Source: Thalassavirus gary (Duplodnaviria; Heunggongvirae; Uroviricota; Caudoviricetes; Demerecviridae). Taken from it: DNA of 46,312 bases. The DNA lies in IMG/VR virus record IMGVR_UViG_2974784677_000001; one strand, given 5' to 3'. Positions 14,782-25,000 of the stretch are shown here, one piece after another (the stretch's first letter is position 1; every line of letters begins with the position of its first letter). The position numbers and the translations under genes are program-made. Under the pieces are notes generated by a model. That model saw only the letters and a program-made list of their open reading frames with translations. It did no database searches and was not told where the DNA came from.

Positions 14782-16179
14782 ATGCCAATGACAGCAGAAC
14801 AAATCGCAGAACTACAAGAAAAACTAGGTATCAAAACAGTTGTAGACGCAGCTAAAGCAATTACTGATAAAGCTGAAGCAGAAGCTAAAGAAAAAGCTGA
14901 AAAAGCTCGAAAAGAAGCTGAAGATGCACGCGTTAAAGCTCTTGTAGATGAAGCTACTGGCGAACAAAAAGAAAAACTAGAGACAGCTCTAGCACTTATT
15001 AAAGGTCTTTCGGATAAACTTGAAGAAGGTGACGTAGACGGCTTCGCTAAATCAGTAGAAGACACCCAAAACCAAATCAAGTCAGTACGTGACGAAGTAG
15101 CTCAACTAATGAATGCTCGCGAAGGTAAAAACTCAATCGCAGTAGCAGTTGGTAAGGCATTCAAACTTGAATCTCAAACTGATTTCGAAGAAGAAGCTGA
15201 AAAAGCTGTTCTACTTTCTTTCATTACTAAGAAAGGCGTATTCGAAACAGATTTTGGTGCTAAACTAGAAAAAGCAGTAAACGATAGTTCATCTATCCAA
15301 GTTTCTAGCGAAAACTACGAAACAGTATTCTCAAATCGTATCCTACGTGACATTCAGAAACTACTAGTTGTTGGTGCTATGTTCCAAGAACTACCAATGT
15401 CAAGTAAGAAACTAACAATGCAAATCGAACCTGATGCACAAGATGCAACATGGGTAGATGCATCAACTTACGGTAAAGAAACTACTGTAGGTAACGAAAT
15501 CAAAGTTGCACTAACTGATATCACATTCAGTACATTCAAACTAGCAGCTAAAGCTTACATGACAGACGAAACTGAAGAAGACGCAATCACTGCACTTCTA
15601 CCAATTATCCGTCGTCACCTAATCGAAGCTCACGTACAAGCTATAGAGAAAGCATTCATGGGTGGTGAAGATACAGCTCCAGTAGGTAAACCAACTGGTC
15701 TATTGACTTTCGCTAAAATTGACAACAAACGTATTGCAACTACAGCAACACACGACGGTTCTGCTAAAGTAACTGCTAAAATGATTCATCAGCTACGTCG
15801 TCAACTAGGTCTTAAAGGTCTACGTCTAGATGCTCTAGCTCTAATCGTTTCAATGGACGCTTACTACGATCTTCTAGAAGATGACGAGTGGCAAGACATT
15901 AACCAAGTAGGCGCTAGCGCTTCGGTTAAACTACAAGGTCAACTTGGTCGTATCTACGGTATGCCAGTAGTTGTTTCTAGCTACTTCCCAGCTAAAGCAA
16001 CTAAGAAAGAGTTCTGTGCAATCGTTTATCGTAACGAATTCGTAGTTCCTCGCCAACGTCAGGTGACAGTTGAGTACGAACGTCGTGCTTCAGAACAGCG
16101 TGATGCGTACTACGTAACACAACGTCTGAACCTACAACGCTACTTCACTGGTAACGTAGTTTCAGGTACATACGCTTAA
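14782..16179 (+). CDS. pb8: Major capsid protein precursor (pb8-like, HK97 fold with N-terminal coiled-coil scaffold)
   Basis: 465 aa; EK/A-rich delta domain, KLAAKAYMTDETEEDA, GRIYGMPVVVS; strong codon bias. Confidence 0.95.
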   Translation: MPMTAEQIAELQEKLGIKTVVDAAKAITDKAEAEAKEKAEKARKEAEDARVKALVDEATGEQKEKLETALALIKGLSDKLEEGDVDGFAKSVEDTQNQIKSVRDEVAQLMNAREGKNSIAVAVGKAFKLESQTDFEEEAEKAVLLSFITKKGVFETDFGAKLEKAVNDSSSIQVSSENYETVFSNRILRDIQKLLVVGAMFQELPMSSKKLTMQIEPDAQDATWVDASTYGKETTVGNEIKVALTDITFSTFKLAAKAYMTDETEEDAITALLPIIRRHLIEAHVQAIEKAFMGGEDTAPVGKPTGLLTFAKIDNKRIATTATHDGSAKVTAKMIHQLRRQLGLKGLRLDALALIVSMDAYYDLLEDDEWQDINQVGASASVKLQGQLGRIYGMPVVVSSYFPAKATKKEFCAIVYRNEFVVPRQRQVTVEYERRASEQRDAYYVTQRLNLQRYFTGNVVSGTYA

Positions 16180-16193
16180 TAGCGTAGATCATT

Positions 16194-16230
16194 AAGGGGT
16201 GAGAGCTTATTGCTCCACCCCTTTTTCTTT
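16194..16230 (+). terminator. Terminator after the capsid gene
   Basis: aaggggtg-agagc-ttatt-gctc-cacccctt followed by tttcttt. Confidence 0.75.
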
Positions 16231-16242
16231 ATGGGGAATACG

Positions 16243-16785
16243 ATGGCAGAAATAATTACAATTGATGAATATAAAGCGTTTGCTAGTATTGAAGGTAAGA
16301 AGAATGACCCTCAAATTGCAGCACTTATTAAATCATGTTCTGAGATAGTACAAGAATTCATTGGCTACCCTCTTACCGCTACTGGTGATATAGAGGCCAC
16401 CATCAGAACAAGAGCGCATACCACCGAGTATATGCTCCCTAACTTTGAGATGGACGTCTCCGATGTTAAATACATACCTAGGGGTGACGATGCATCAAGC
16501 GGAGTATCTCTAGACAAACATGACTACTATGTTTCCGATACAGGTAAGCTAGAGTTGTACTCTTTAGTTCCGAATAATGGAGATAATATTCTAATATCTT
16601 ATAGTATTGCTGCACCAGATTTAGAGTCTATCAAGTTAGCAACTATGTTGTTAGTTAAGTATTATTATAAAGAAGAATTTAATAAAACATCAGTAGGCGC
16701 AGGTGGTCAGACAGTATCCTACCAAACAGGGAAGAACTTCCCGCCACACGTACGTGCTATTTTGATGATGCATAGGATGTTCTAA
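16243..16785 (+). CDS. Head completion protein (p144-like)
   Basis: gp6-like pattern ITIDEYK...IAALI...LATMLLVKYY...FPPHVRAIL; start moved to ATG 16243. Confidence 0.8.
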   Translation: MAEIITIDEYKAFASIEGKKNDPQIAALIKSCSEIVQEFIGYPLTATGDIEATIRTRAHTTEYMLPNFEMDVSDVKYIPRGDDASSGVSLDKHDYYVSDTGKLELYSLVPNNGDNILISYSIAAPDLESIKLATMLLVKYYYKEEFNKTSVGAGGQTVSYQTGKNFPPHVRAILMMHRMF

Positions 16786-17531
16786 TGGCTATTTCTCAGA
16801 TGTTGGAAAATATTATACGACGCGAGTTAGACGACCGATCTAGTAAGGGTACTAAAAGGCAAGTTAAGTATGATGTGCAAACCGACGATACTAGGGAAGA
16901 GTCTAACATAGCTACTATAAGTTTTAAATTCAGCAAACCTCTAGCACAAGCAGAAGCCTCTGATAGGGGTAAAAATGTACTAGCTGGGGTTGCAAAAAAT
17001 CTCAATACACATCAACTAGGTATAGTTGATGCTATCCTAGCACAATATGGCTTGACCAAGTCTGTTGGAAGAAAGAGGGCTAGGGGTACTGTAAATGTTC
17101 GTTTAGGTGATTACTTAGAGGAAGGTAGATCCTTGGGTGTCAATACTGTAAAAGGTAAAATGATTTCCCAAACCAACCTACGCTCCCTTCTAGAAATTCT
17201 AGCTAAAGATTATTTAATTAGAGATATGAAGAAAGCAAATGCGCCACTTAAATACAGAACTGGTAGATTTGCTAACTCACTAGATGTGCGTTCTGTAAGA
17301 ATTCAGGATACTGATACTGGTCGCAAACCAGAACTATCTATATTCTACAATTATATGACCTATCCTTACGCTACTTTCGATCCTAAGAAGTCTACTAGAC
17401 CTGCTATGTATAATCGTCCATCCTATGGTGCTCGTAACCCTCAAGTACTCATCGGAGACGCACTGGCTAAGGCTGCTAGAGATATAATTCATTCTAGGTA
17501 TAGAATAGATATTAGAGAGGCATTACAATGA
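16785..17531 (+). CDS. Tail completion protein (p143-like)
   Basis: LKYRTGRFANSL and YMTYPYATF motifs; synteny. Confidence 0.78.
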   Translation: MAISQMLENIIRRELDDRSSKGTKRQVKYDVQTDDTREESNIATISFKFSKPLAQAEASDRGKNVLAGVAKNLNTHQLGIVDAILAQYGLTKSVGRKRARGTVNVRLGDYLEEGRSLGVNTVKGKMISQTNLRSLLEILAKDYLIRDMKKANAPLKYRTGRFANSLDVRSVRIQDTDTGRKPELSIFYNYMTYPYATFDPKKSTRPAMYNRPSYGARNPQVLIGDALAKAARDIIHSRYRIDIREALQ

Positions 17532-18013
17532 CACACAGAACGAGTATACGTGATAAGATAGTCGATACTCTAAAATCAGAACTTACAGACTCAAATCAAG
17601 ATACTTATTATACTGACATCGACATGAATGTTAGTGGTGAGAATCTGTATCTTGATCAGGTAGAATACTTTCCTGCACTTACTGTGGCGTTAGGTCCTGA
17701 ACGCCCAGAATACCAGCCAGGAGGTTTTAGGTGGATGTACCTTACTCTAGTTATAAGAGCGTATGTTAAGTCCGAAGACAGAGCAGACGAAGAATTAGAG
17801 CTACTAATCCAAGATATAAAAACCTTTATTGACACTCACGAAGATATAGAATATACTATAACTACTCCAAAAGGAGTTCAAAAACAGCTCCACGCTACCG
17901 AAATGACTATACTAAGCATTAATACAGATGAAGGTGTTCTAAATCCTATGGGTATAGGTGAGGTGGCTATAGAAATTAGATACCAGGACAGAAATGTTAG
18001 ATTTATTAAATAA
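17528..18013 (+). CDS. Tail tube terminator (p142-like)
   Basis: 161 aa; HRTSI...FPAL...YQPGGFRW...TDEGVL; synteny. Confidence 0.82.
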   Translation: MTHRTSIRDKIVDTLKSELTDSNQDTYYTDIDMNVSGENLYLDQVEYFPALTVALGPERPEYQPGGFRWMYLTLVIRAYVKSEDRADEELELLIQDIKTFIDTHEDIEYTITTPKGVQKQLHATEMTILSINTDEGVLNPMGIGEVAIEIRYQDRNVRFIK

Positions 18014-18027
18014 GGAGTCTGCACTAA

Positions 18028-19473
18028 ATGTCAGTCCAACTATTACGTAATACTAGATTATGGGCTAGTATAGCAAAGCCAGGTGAAACACTTGATAAGA
18101 CCAATACTTGGGAGGTCTTAATCCAAGAGGACTTTGCGTTCAACCAAGACGGTAACTCTACCGATATTAACTTAGATGAAGCAGGCCCACGCCCAACTCG
18201 TGGTTCTAAGAGATTCAATGATAATCTAAACCCTGCTGACTGGAACTTTTCTACATACCTACGCCCATACTTGAGCGATTCTGGTACTAAGAATAACTCG
18301 GCAGATGACGTAGTTCTAACCCCAGACTACACCTTGTGGCACTGTCTAGCTAGTGGATCTCCTGTAGATGTTACTAACGAAGACGGAGTTAAGGCTAACT
18401 CTACAAACATGTTAGTAAGTTTCAAAGACAACCAGTACCACCAACTTAATACACTTACACTGTTCTACTTAGTTGATAACGTATGGTATAAAATCCACGA
18501 CGTACAAATCAACCAAGCAGAAATCAGCATTGATATTGAAGGTATTGGTATGACAGCTTGGTCTGGTCAAGGTACTAAGGTAGAGCCTCTAGGTACTACT
18601 CAACCTTTCGATCCTAACTCAGCAGACTTTAGGTTCCCTGATGATGTATTTGAAACAGCTCCATATATTAAGAATAAGTTAACTACTTTATTCATTAAAG
18701 ATAATAAGGACGATGTTAAGTACGATATTCCTATTACTGGTGGTTCTATTACTATCAATAACAATATCAGCTACTTGACACCAAATACTCTATCGCGTTT
18801 AGACCTACCTATTGGTTCATTCACAGGAACATTCGAAGTTTCAGGTAGCCTAGAAGCTTACCTACGTAACAAAGAGCCTGGCGACTCTCAAGATCGTGCA
18901 GCAGAGTTACTAAACAAAATGATTACCGACAGAAGTATTACTAATAGCTTCCAGATTGGTATCTGTTTAGGTGGTGTATACCCGAACGCTAATGCAAGTA
19001 CAGTAACTAAAGCGCCAGGTGTTGTAGTTGTTCTACCAACTGCTCACTTATCTGTTCCATCTACTGAGACAGCCGACGTACTTGGTACAAGTATTGAGTT
19101 CAAAGGTATTCCTACAGAACTAGATGCAGGTGATGAAGTTTACTTAGGTATGAGTCCAGAATACACTGCAGCTCAAATCCAAGCTCTTATTGAGCGTGGC
19201 GATGGTGCTAGACTTTCCGCTCCACCAGGCATTACCACACAGCCCGCTAACCAAACACTAACTACAGGTGAGCAGTTGCAGCTATCAGTGGTAGCTTCTG
19301 ATGCTTCGCGTTACCAATGGTATAAAGATGATGCCCCTATTAGTGGTGCTACAGCTTCAACATATACTAAGAGTTCCGCAGCACTATCAGACGGTGGTAA
19401 GTACTACGTAGAAGCTTACAATAGCGAAGGTAGTAAAACTACTAGTAACACAATCACAGTTACTGTTAGTTAA
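18028..19473 (+). CDS. pb6: Major tail tube protein (pb6-like) with C-terminal Ig-like domain
   Basis: MSVQLLRNTRLW, LNPADWNFSTYLRP, YDIPITGGSITINNNISYLTP; Ig domain at about residues 398-481. Confidence 0.92.
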   Translation: MSVQLLRNTRLWASIAKPGETLDKTNTWEVLIQEDFAFNQDGNSTDINLDEAGPRPTRGSKRFNDNLNPADWNFSTYLRPYLSDSGTKNNSADDVVLTPDYTLWHCLASGSPVDVTNEDGVKANSTNMLVSFKDNQYHQLNTLTLFYLVDNVWYKIHDVQINQAEISIDIEGIGMTAWSGQGTKVEPLGTTQPFDPNSADFRFPDDVFETAPYIKNKLTTLFIKDNKDDVKYDIPITGGSITINNNISYLTPNTLSRLDLPIGSFTGTFEVSGSLEAYLRNKEPGDSQDRAAELLNKMITDRSITNSFQIGICLGGVYPNANASTVTKAPGVVVVLPTAHLSVPSTETADVLGTSIEFKGIPTELDAGDEVYLGMSPEYTAAQIQALIERGDGARLSAPPGITTQPANQTLTTGEQLQLSVVASDASRYQWYKDDAPISGATASTYTKSSAALSDGGKYYVEAYNSEGSKTTSNTITVTVS

Positions 19474-19487
19474 TTAAGAGGATAACT

Positions 19488-20372
19488 ATGTCATACACTC
19501 TACAAAAAGAGTGCAAGATAGTGTTAATCTATAAAGGTACAGGGTATCTATTCGATGCCCTTACCCAGTTTGACTTTAACCAGACTTTCAATAGATCGTC
19601 TGGTTCTAGAAAGACTCTGCACTCAAAGAAAGCAAAACCATATACTTATGCTAATTCAAAAAACTCAGCTACGTTTAGCTTCGGTGTATTAGGTACTAAG
19701 AGCTTTTCGGAAGGTGTATTATTCGAATTGGCTGGCCTAACTAAGCTACACGCCAATGTATATGAATATGGTGACGAATTAGGTATATCACCTGAGTTTT
19801 GTGATATATTTATAGTTACTAAGGCTGGCACACATAAAGTATCCAAAGCAGCGGTACAGTCACTAGAAGTATCACTAGCACTAAGTGAACCACTAGCTTT
19901 TGATGTATCATTTACTGCTAGTAGTATTAAAAGAGTATCTGGTATAGATTTATCTTCTGGGTTAATAGAGCAAGGTGAGCCGTTATTACCTACTCCTATA
20001 CAATATAGAATAAATAATATTCTTAATAACTCAGTAATAAATGCAGGTATATCTTTACAGCAATCCATAGACTGGAGGGCTGACAGAGGATTGCATGACA
20101 TAGGTAATTTATATGTACCTAAACATGCAGTACTAACGGATAGGAGTTATGGTATGAATGTAAATACGTATCTAAATACCAAATACCCTACTCCAGAAGA
20201 AGCTTATTACGCAAATCTAGAATTATATAAATCTGGATTATATCTCTCATTAGGAGATGCATTGGTAACACACAGAGTAGCTCCTGCGGATGTATTTACA
20301 GAAGCACAAGATGTTACTATAACTGACAAAACAAATAAAATTATCGTGGAATATGGAGGATATTTAATATGA
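19488..20372 (+). CDS. Baseplate tube / minor tail protein (p140-like)
   Basis: 294 aa directly after the tail tube; KTLH motif; synteny. Confidence 0.8.
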   Translation: MSYTLQKECKIVLIYKGTGYLFDALTQFDFNQTFNRSSGSRKTLHSKKAKPYTYANSKNSATFSFGVLGTKSFSEGVLFELAGLTKLHANVYEYGDELGISPEFCDIFIVTKAGTHKVSKAAVQSLEVSLALSEPLAFDVSFTASSIKRVSGIDLSSGLIEQGEPLLPTPIQYRINNILNNSVINAGISLQQSIDWRADRGLHDIGNLYVPKHAVLTDRSYGMNVNTYLNTKYPTPEEAYYANLELYKSGLYLSLGDALVTHRVAPADVFTEAQDVTITDKTNKIIVEYGGYLI

Positions 20373-20779
20373 AATTAAGTCTATCAGCATTAGCACTTAA
20401 CTCAAAAACAGCAGAGTTTGACTTCCCAGGTATCGTAGGATTTAAAGTACGTCTTACTTATCTATCAAGAGAGGCTAGACGTAAGATTCAGGAAAAATGT
20501 AAAGTTCAGAAATATGATGAAACTTCTGGTCTTCCATACATGGATCTAGATGTAGAGAAATATACAGAAGAATACGTGAAAGCAACAATCAATGGCTGGA
20601 CAGGGTTAACGCTAGAGAACGTAGCTAACCTAATGCTTATCGATCAATCTCAAGTAGAAGACCCTAAAGCTGAAATCGATTTTGACATTGATACTGCTAC
20701 ACAGCTTGTTAAGTTATCTGAGAAATTTGATAACTGGGTTAGTGCTAAGTTGGCACAAATCGAGAACTTTCGAAACTGA
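20369..20779 (+). CDS. Tail assembly chaperone G (p139-like)
   Basis: 136 aa; position before the tape measure; ends TTT CGA AAC TGA. Confidence 0.8.
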   Translation: MKLSLSALALNSKTAEFDFPGIVGFKVRLTYLSREARRKIQEKCKVQKYDETSGLPYMDLDVEKYTEEYVKATINGWTGLTLENVANLMLIDQSQVEDPKAEIDFDIDTATQLVKLSEKFDNWVSAKLAQIENFRN

Positions 20780-21182
20780 GAGACGGAAACTTCTATTCGA
20801 ATCTCTCGATAAATATTTCGATAAACAGAATGGTTTCTCTAAATCTAAGTATATAAATATATGTATGCAACTTGGAGAGAAGCCAGACCCTAAGAGAATG
20901 CCTATAGATTTCTCAGACTTTCCACCACTAGTGAGAGATGCTATAGAAATCTTTAATAGACTAGGTGACAGGTACACTAGTACTGATCTTGGACCACTTT
21001 ATATTGGTAAAGATATATCAACATTAGATTTCTTATATAATATTTATGAGATTCATGATGTAGAAGATAGAAAATTAACACTAGAGATAGTACAGCACCT
21101 AGATAGTAAAATAGTTAAACAAGCAGTTAGTAAATGGAAAACAGAAGCCAAAAAGCTAAAAGCAAAGGCTAAACACCACTAG
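20769..21182 (+). CDS. Tail assembly chaperone T segment (p138-like), probably expressed as a frameshift fusion
   Basis: +1-frame ORF overlapping the G stop; EKPDPKRMPIDFSDFPP motif; no clear RBS/start. Confidence 0.7.
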   Translation, partial: FETERRKLLFESLDKYFDKQNGFSKSKYINICMQLGEKPDPKRMPIDFSDFPPLVRDAIEIFNRLGDRYTSTDLGPLYIGKDISTLDFLYNIYEIHDVEDRKLTLEIVQHLDSKIVKQAVSKWKTEAKKLKAKAKHH

Positions 21183-21219
21183 CTACTTAACCGAGTCCTC
21201 ACGGGCATTCCACGAGCTT

Positions 21220-21248
21220 GCTCTGGGTGTAATGCCCAGAGCTTTTTT
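21220..21248 (+). terminator. Rho-independent terminator with an alternative pairing partner
   Basis: gctctgggt-gtaat-gcccagagc + tttttt; upstream gggcatt 21203-21209 is complementary to aatgccc 21231-21237. Confidence 0.7.
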
Positions 21249-21263
21249 CGTATGGAGAAAACA

Positions 21264-22025
21264 ATGATTAAAGACCTAAAAACATATATTGAAACCGTGA
21301 ACAAATCAGCAACATCTTCTGTATCAGGAGCAGAAGATACTAAAGTAGAAACATTGCGTCAAGCAGTATTAAAAGGTAGCTGGTTACTTCCATTGCTGCC
21401 TAATATTACTATGACTGGTAAATTTACTGATATTCCTTTCATCCACCTACCTGACGATGATGACACTACTTTCCGAGTAGGTGGCATTCAAGTAACAAAA
21501 GAATTACTAGCAGCACAAGCAGTATTAGTAGATGATACAGTAGAAGATTCTAGCCCTAACCTAGAAACAGCCCTAGATAGAATTCTTATCTCTCAAGCAC
21601 GTCTTAAAGTAGAAAACTATATTGCCGACCAAATGTCTGCTATAACAGCTACAGCAGGTGTTGCCTCTTCTAAGTCGTTTTCTACAATTGTAGAGTTAAT
21701 TAAGAAATTCCCTAACCAAATGTTAGCTATCGAAGGTAAATTCGTAGCAGTGGTATCTCCTATGACACACTTCACTATTCTGTCAACAATGGATAACGCA
21801 CACAGAGAGATGGTAAAATCTGGTATCATTACTCTAGTACCGGCATTAGGTATGGAAGACGATGCCCTAATTATGTTCCATACTCAGGGTGTAGCGTTAG
21901 GTTATACTATCAATGGTATTGAGAAAGACCGAGATGGAGCTAGCCAAAAAGACAACCTAATAGTTCAAGCAACAGCAGGCTTTGGATACGATAGCGATTA
22001 CATCAAACACGTAAAACTAAGCTAA
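21264..22025 (+). CDS. Truncated HK97-fold capsid-like protein (253 aa) inserted in the tail operon
   Basis: GGAG RBS; ELLAAQAVLVDDTVEDSSPNLETALDRILISQARLKVE aligns with MCP FKLAAKAYMTDETEEDAITALLPIIRRHLIEAHVQAIE, with further collinear matches. Confidence 0.7.
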   Translation: MIKDLKTYIETVNKSATSSVSGAEDTKVETLRQAVLKGSWLLPLLPNITMTGKFTDIPFIHLPDDDDTTFRVGGIQVTKELLAAQAVLVDDTVEDSSPNLETALDRILISQARLKVENYIADQMSAITATAGVASSKSFSTIVELIKKFPNQMLAIEGKFVAVVSPMTHFTILSTMDNAHREMVKSGIITLVPALGMEDDALIMFHTQGVALGYTINGIEKDRDGASQKDNLIVQATAGFGYDSDYIKHVKLS

Positions 22026-22040
22026 TAAACGGGAGTTTAT

Positions 22041-25000
22041 ATGGCTAACAAGCTAATTGAAGAGCTAATTATTAAGGTTAAGCAGCAAGGTGCTAAACCT
22101 ACAGAGAAAGCAATTACTGGTGTCGGAGAAGCCTTCGACACCGCAAAGAAAAATGTCAATGCATTTAACTCAGCCTCAGAACGTGTACCTAAATATCTTA
22201 AAAAGATAGAAGAATCAGCAGACAGAGCAGCTAAGTCTATGGGTAAAGTAAAATTTACCATGGACTCCACAACTATTGAAGCATCACTAGGTCGTATCGA
22301 AGGTAGCCTAGAAGCCTTAATTGGCGAAAGTCATGACCTTTACGATGCAATGGCTAAGATGAATAACAACTTAATTACTCTATTCCAGAATATGAGCAAC
22401 GAGTTGGGTGCTGATTTAGAGCGTGTAGAAGATGGTCTTATTGATGTTCGCTCTGAAGCTGGGAAAACTGGAGATGCGTTAGCTAAGTTAGGCAAAGGAG
22501 CAGGTAAGGCCGGTAGAGGTCTAGGTAACCAGAACCGCCAAGGTAGAAATGGTGTGCGTACCTTCTCAGACCTAGCGAAAGTAGCGGGCCCATTACCTCT
22601 ACTATACGCTAACATTGCAGCTAACGTGTTCGCGCTTAGTGAAGCCTTTAGACTACTAACCGAAGGCGAACAATTAAATCGTCTAGAAGAAGTTGGCACT
22701 ATCATAGGTTCTAAAATTGGTACACCAGTTCAGTTAATAGCTAAGGATATGCAGAAGTTAACTGGGTATACCCTTAGTTATGGTGAATCACTAAGAAATG
22801 CTGCTGCAGCTGCCTCTTATGGGTTCGATTCAGAGCAAATAGAACAGTTAACTATGGCAGCACGTCGAGCATCTATTGCTCTAGGTGTAGATATGCAAGA
22901 CGCCATGAACCGTGTTATTCGTGGTACATCTAAACTAGAAATCGAGCTATTGGACGAACTTGGTATCACTACTAAGCTAACAACCGCTTATGAGCGTTAT
23001 GCTCAACAATTAGGTATTAGTGCCAATTCACTTAACTCATACCAGCAACGTGCAGCATTGGTCAATGAGATTAACTCACAGTCGGTAGAGAAGTTTGGCG
23101 ATTTAGATGAGATGTTGAGAAACGGTGCTCCTTGGGAAGTATTTGGGGCTAATACTGCATCAGCATTCCAGACGTTTATGCAGAATATCTCTGAGGCTAC
23201 TTCATTCATTCCTAAATTCTTCAATGAAATAGAGGAAGGGTCTAGACGAATAGAAGAGCCATTAGATAATGCTAAAAAGCTACTAGAATCTTTCTCTATG
23301 GCAGATGGCAGGGCCGGGCAAGTAGGTATACTTGTAGAGGCCAACAACCAAATAGAAGAACTAGAAAAGAGATTAAGTGTACTAAGTCAGGCCAATACTA
23401 GTAGTTTTTCTGTGGCTGATCTTGTAAACTATAAAGATGAAGTACGAAACGTACGTACTGCTATAGATAGGCTTAGAGGTTTGATGTCCACCCAAAGTCT
23501 AGGTATAGATGCTATCAAAGAGATAGACGGTGCATATAGAAACCTAAATGCTACAGTAAAAGGTTCAGTACAATCTTATAACACTAGTTTAGCCTCAATT
23601 AAGGGGCAAAGTACTTCTTATGAGAAACTATACGCAGATGTAAACTCTATGAAAGTAGCCTATGAGAAGTTAGCTGCTGTAGATCCTGGATTTAAGGCTG
23701 CAGATGCACTTAAACAATTAGGCTTTGAGTCTAAATTCGCATTAGACCGTGCAACAGAACTTGCCAGAACTTATAGAGATACTAACAGGGAGTTGGCAGT
23801 ATTCGCTAAAACCCAGGCAGAAGCAGAGGTCCAAGGACGCTACTCAGGTAAAGAACCAGAAGCAGTTAAGCTAGGTCTATTAAAAGAACAACAAAACTTA
23901 TATACTAAACTTCTAGTAGATCAACAAAGATTAGGTGCTAGTAGTGTGGCTACCGCTAAAACATCTGCCCAGATTGCAAAAATAGCATCTCAAACCATAG
24001 ATACGCAGGTTGCTTTAGTAGACGTACACACCAAAGAACTAGATACCCAAACTAGACTGAATATGGCTCTACAACCAGAGCTATTAATTAAGAAAGACCT
24101 ACTATCCAATGAGAAAACCAGATTAGCAAACTTGCAGCTGATCCAAGGTACTCATAAGGAGCAAGAACAGTCTCTAAATAGAATCAAGCAATTAGAAAAC
24201 GAAATACTGGCAGCACAAGTAGCTCAGTCTAATGCTATGATGGATTCTGCTCTAGGTAACTTAGCATCATTTGCCCCAGGTATTGATCAAATGACTAGTT
24301 CCCTTAATGGACTAGCTATGTCATTCAATAACATGGGTCAATCTAGCATGACCACCACACAGATGGTGTCTTCTGGGTTGAATGCCTTCCAAGGTATGCT
24401 ATCGTATTCTTCTAACCAGTCTATACAAGCAGTAGATGCTCAAATAGCTGCTGAACAGAAGCGAGATGGTAAGTCTAAGGAATCAGTAGCTAAGATAAAT
24501 GCACTTGAGAAGAAGAAGATTGAACAACAGAAAAAGGCAGCCAAGCAACAAATTCTTATCTCTACTGCGGTAGCGGTAATGAATGCGGCGGCCAACCCTT
24601 GGCCTGTTCCAGCTATCCCGTTAATGGCTACAGCAGCCTTAGCAGGTGGACTAGCATACCAACAAGCCTCTAGCGCTTCTAGTAATTTAGTATCTTCTGC
24701 TAGTGGCAATACTCAGGCATCCTTAACTCTTGGCGATAGGTCGAATCAAGTAGATGTATCTCAATCAGCATCTCGCGGTGAGTTAGCTTATATTAGAAAC
24801 GAATCTGGTACTGGTAGTATGCAATCATTTACTCCTAGAGCTAATGGTGGTATAGGTATCCCAGGAAATAGTCTAGTAGTAGGTGAACATGGTCCGGAGG
24901 TTATCACACCCCTAGAACCAATACAAGCTTACAGTGCAGAAGAGTCTAGAGCTATGGGCGGTGGTTATACGGATAACCGCCAACTAGTAGTACAGGCTAT

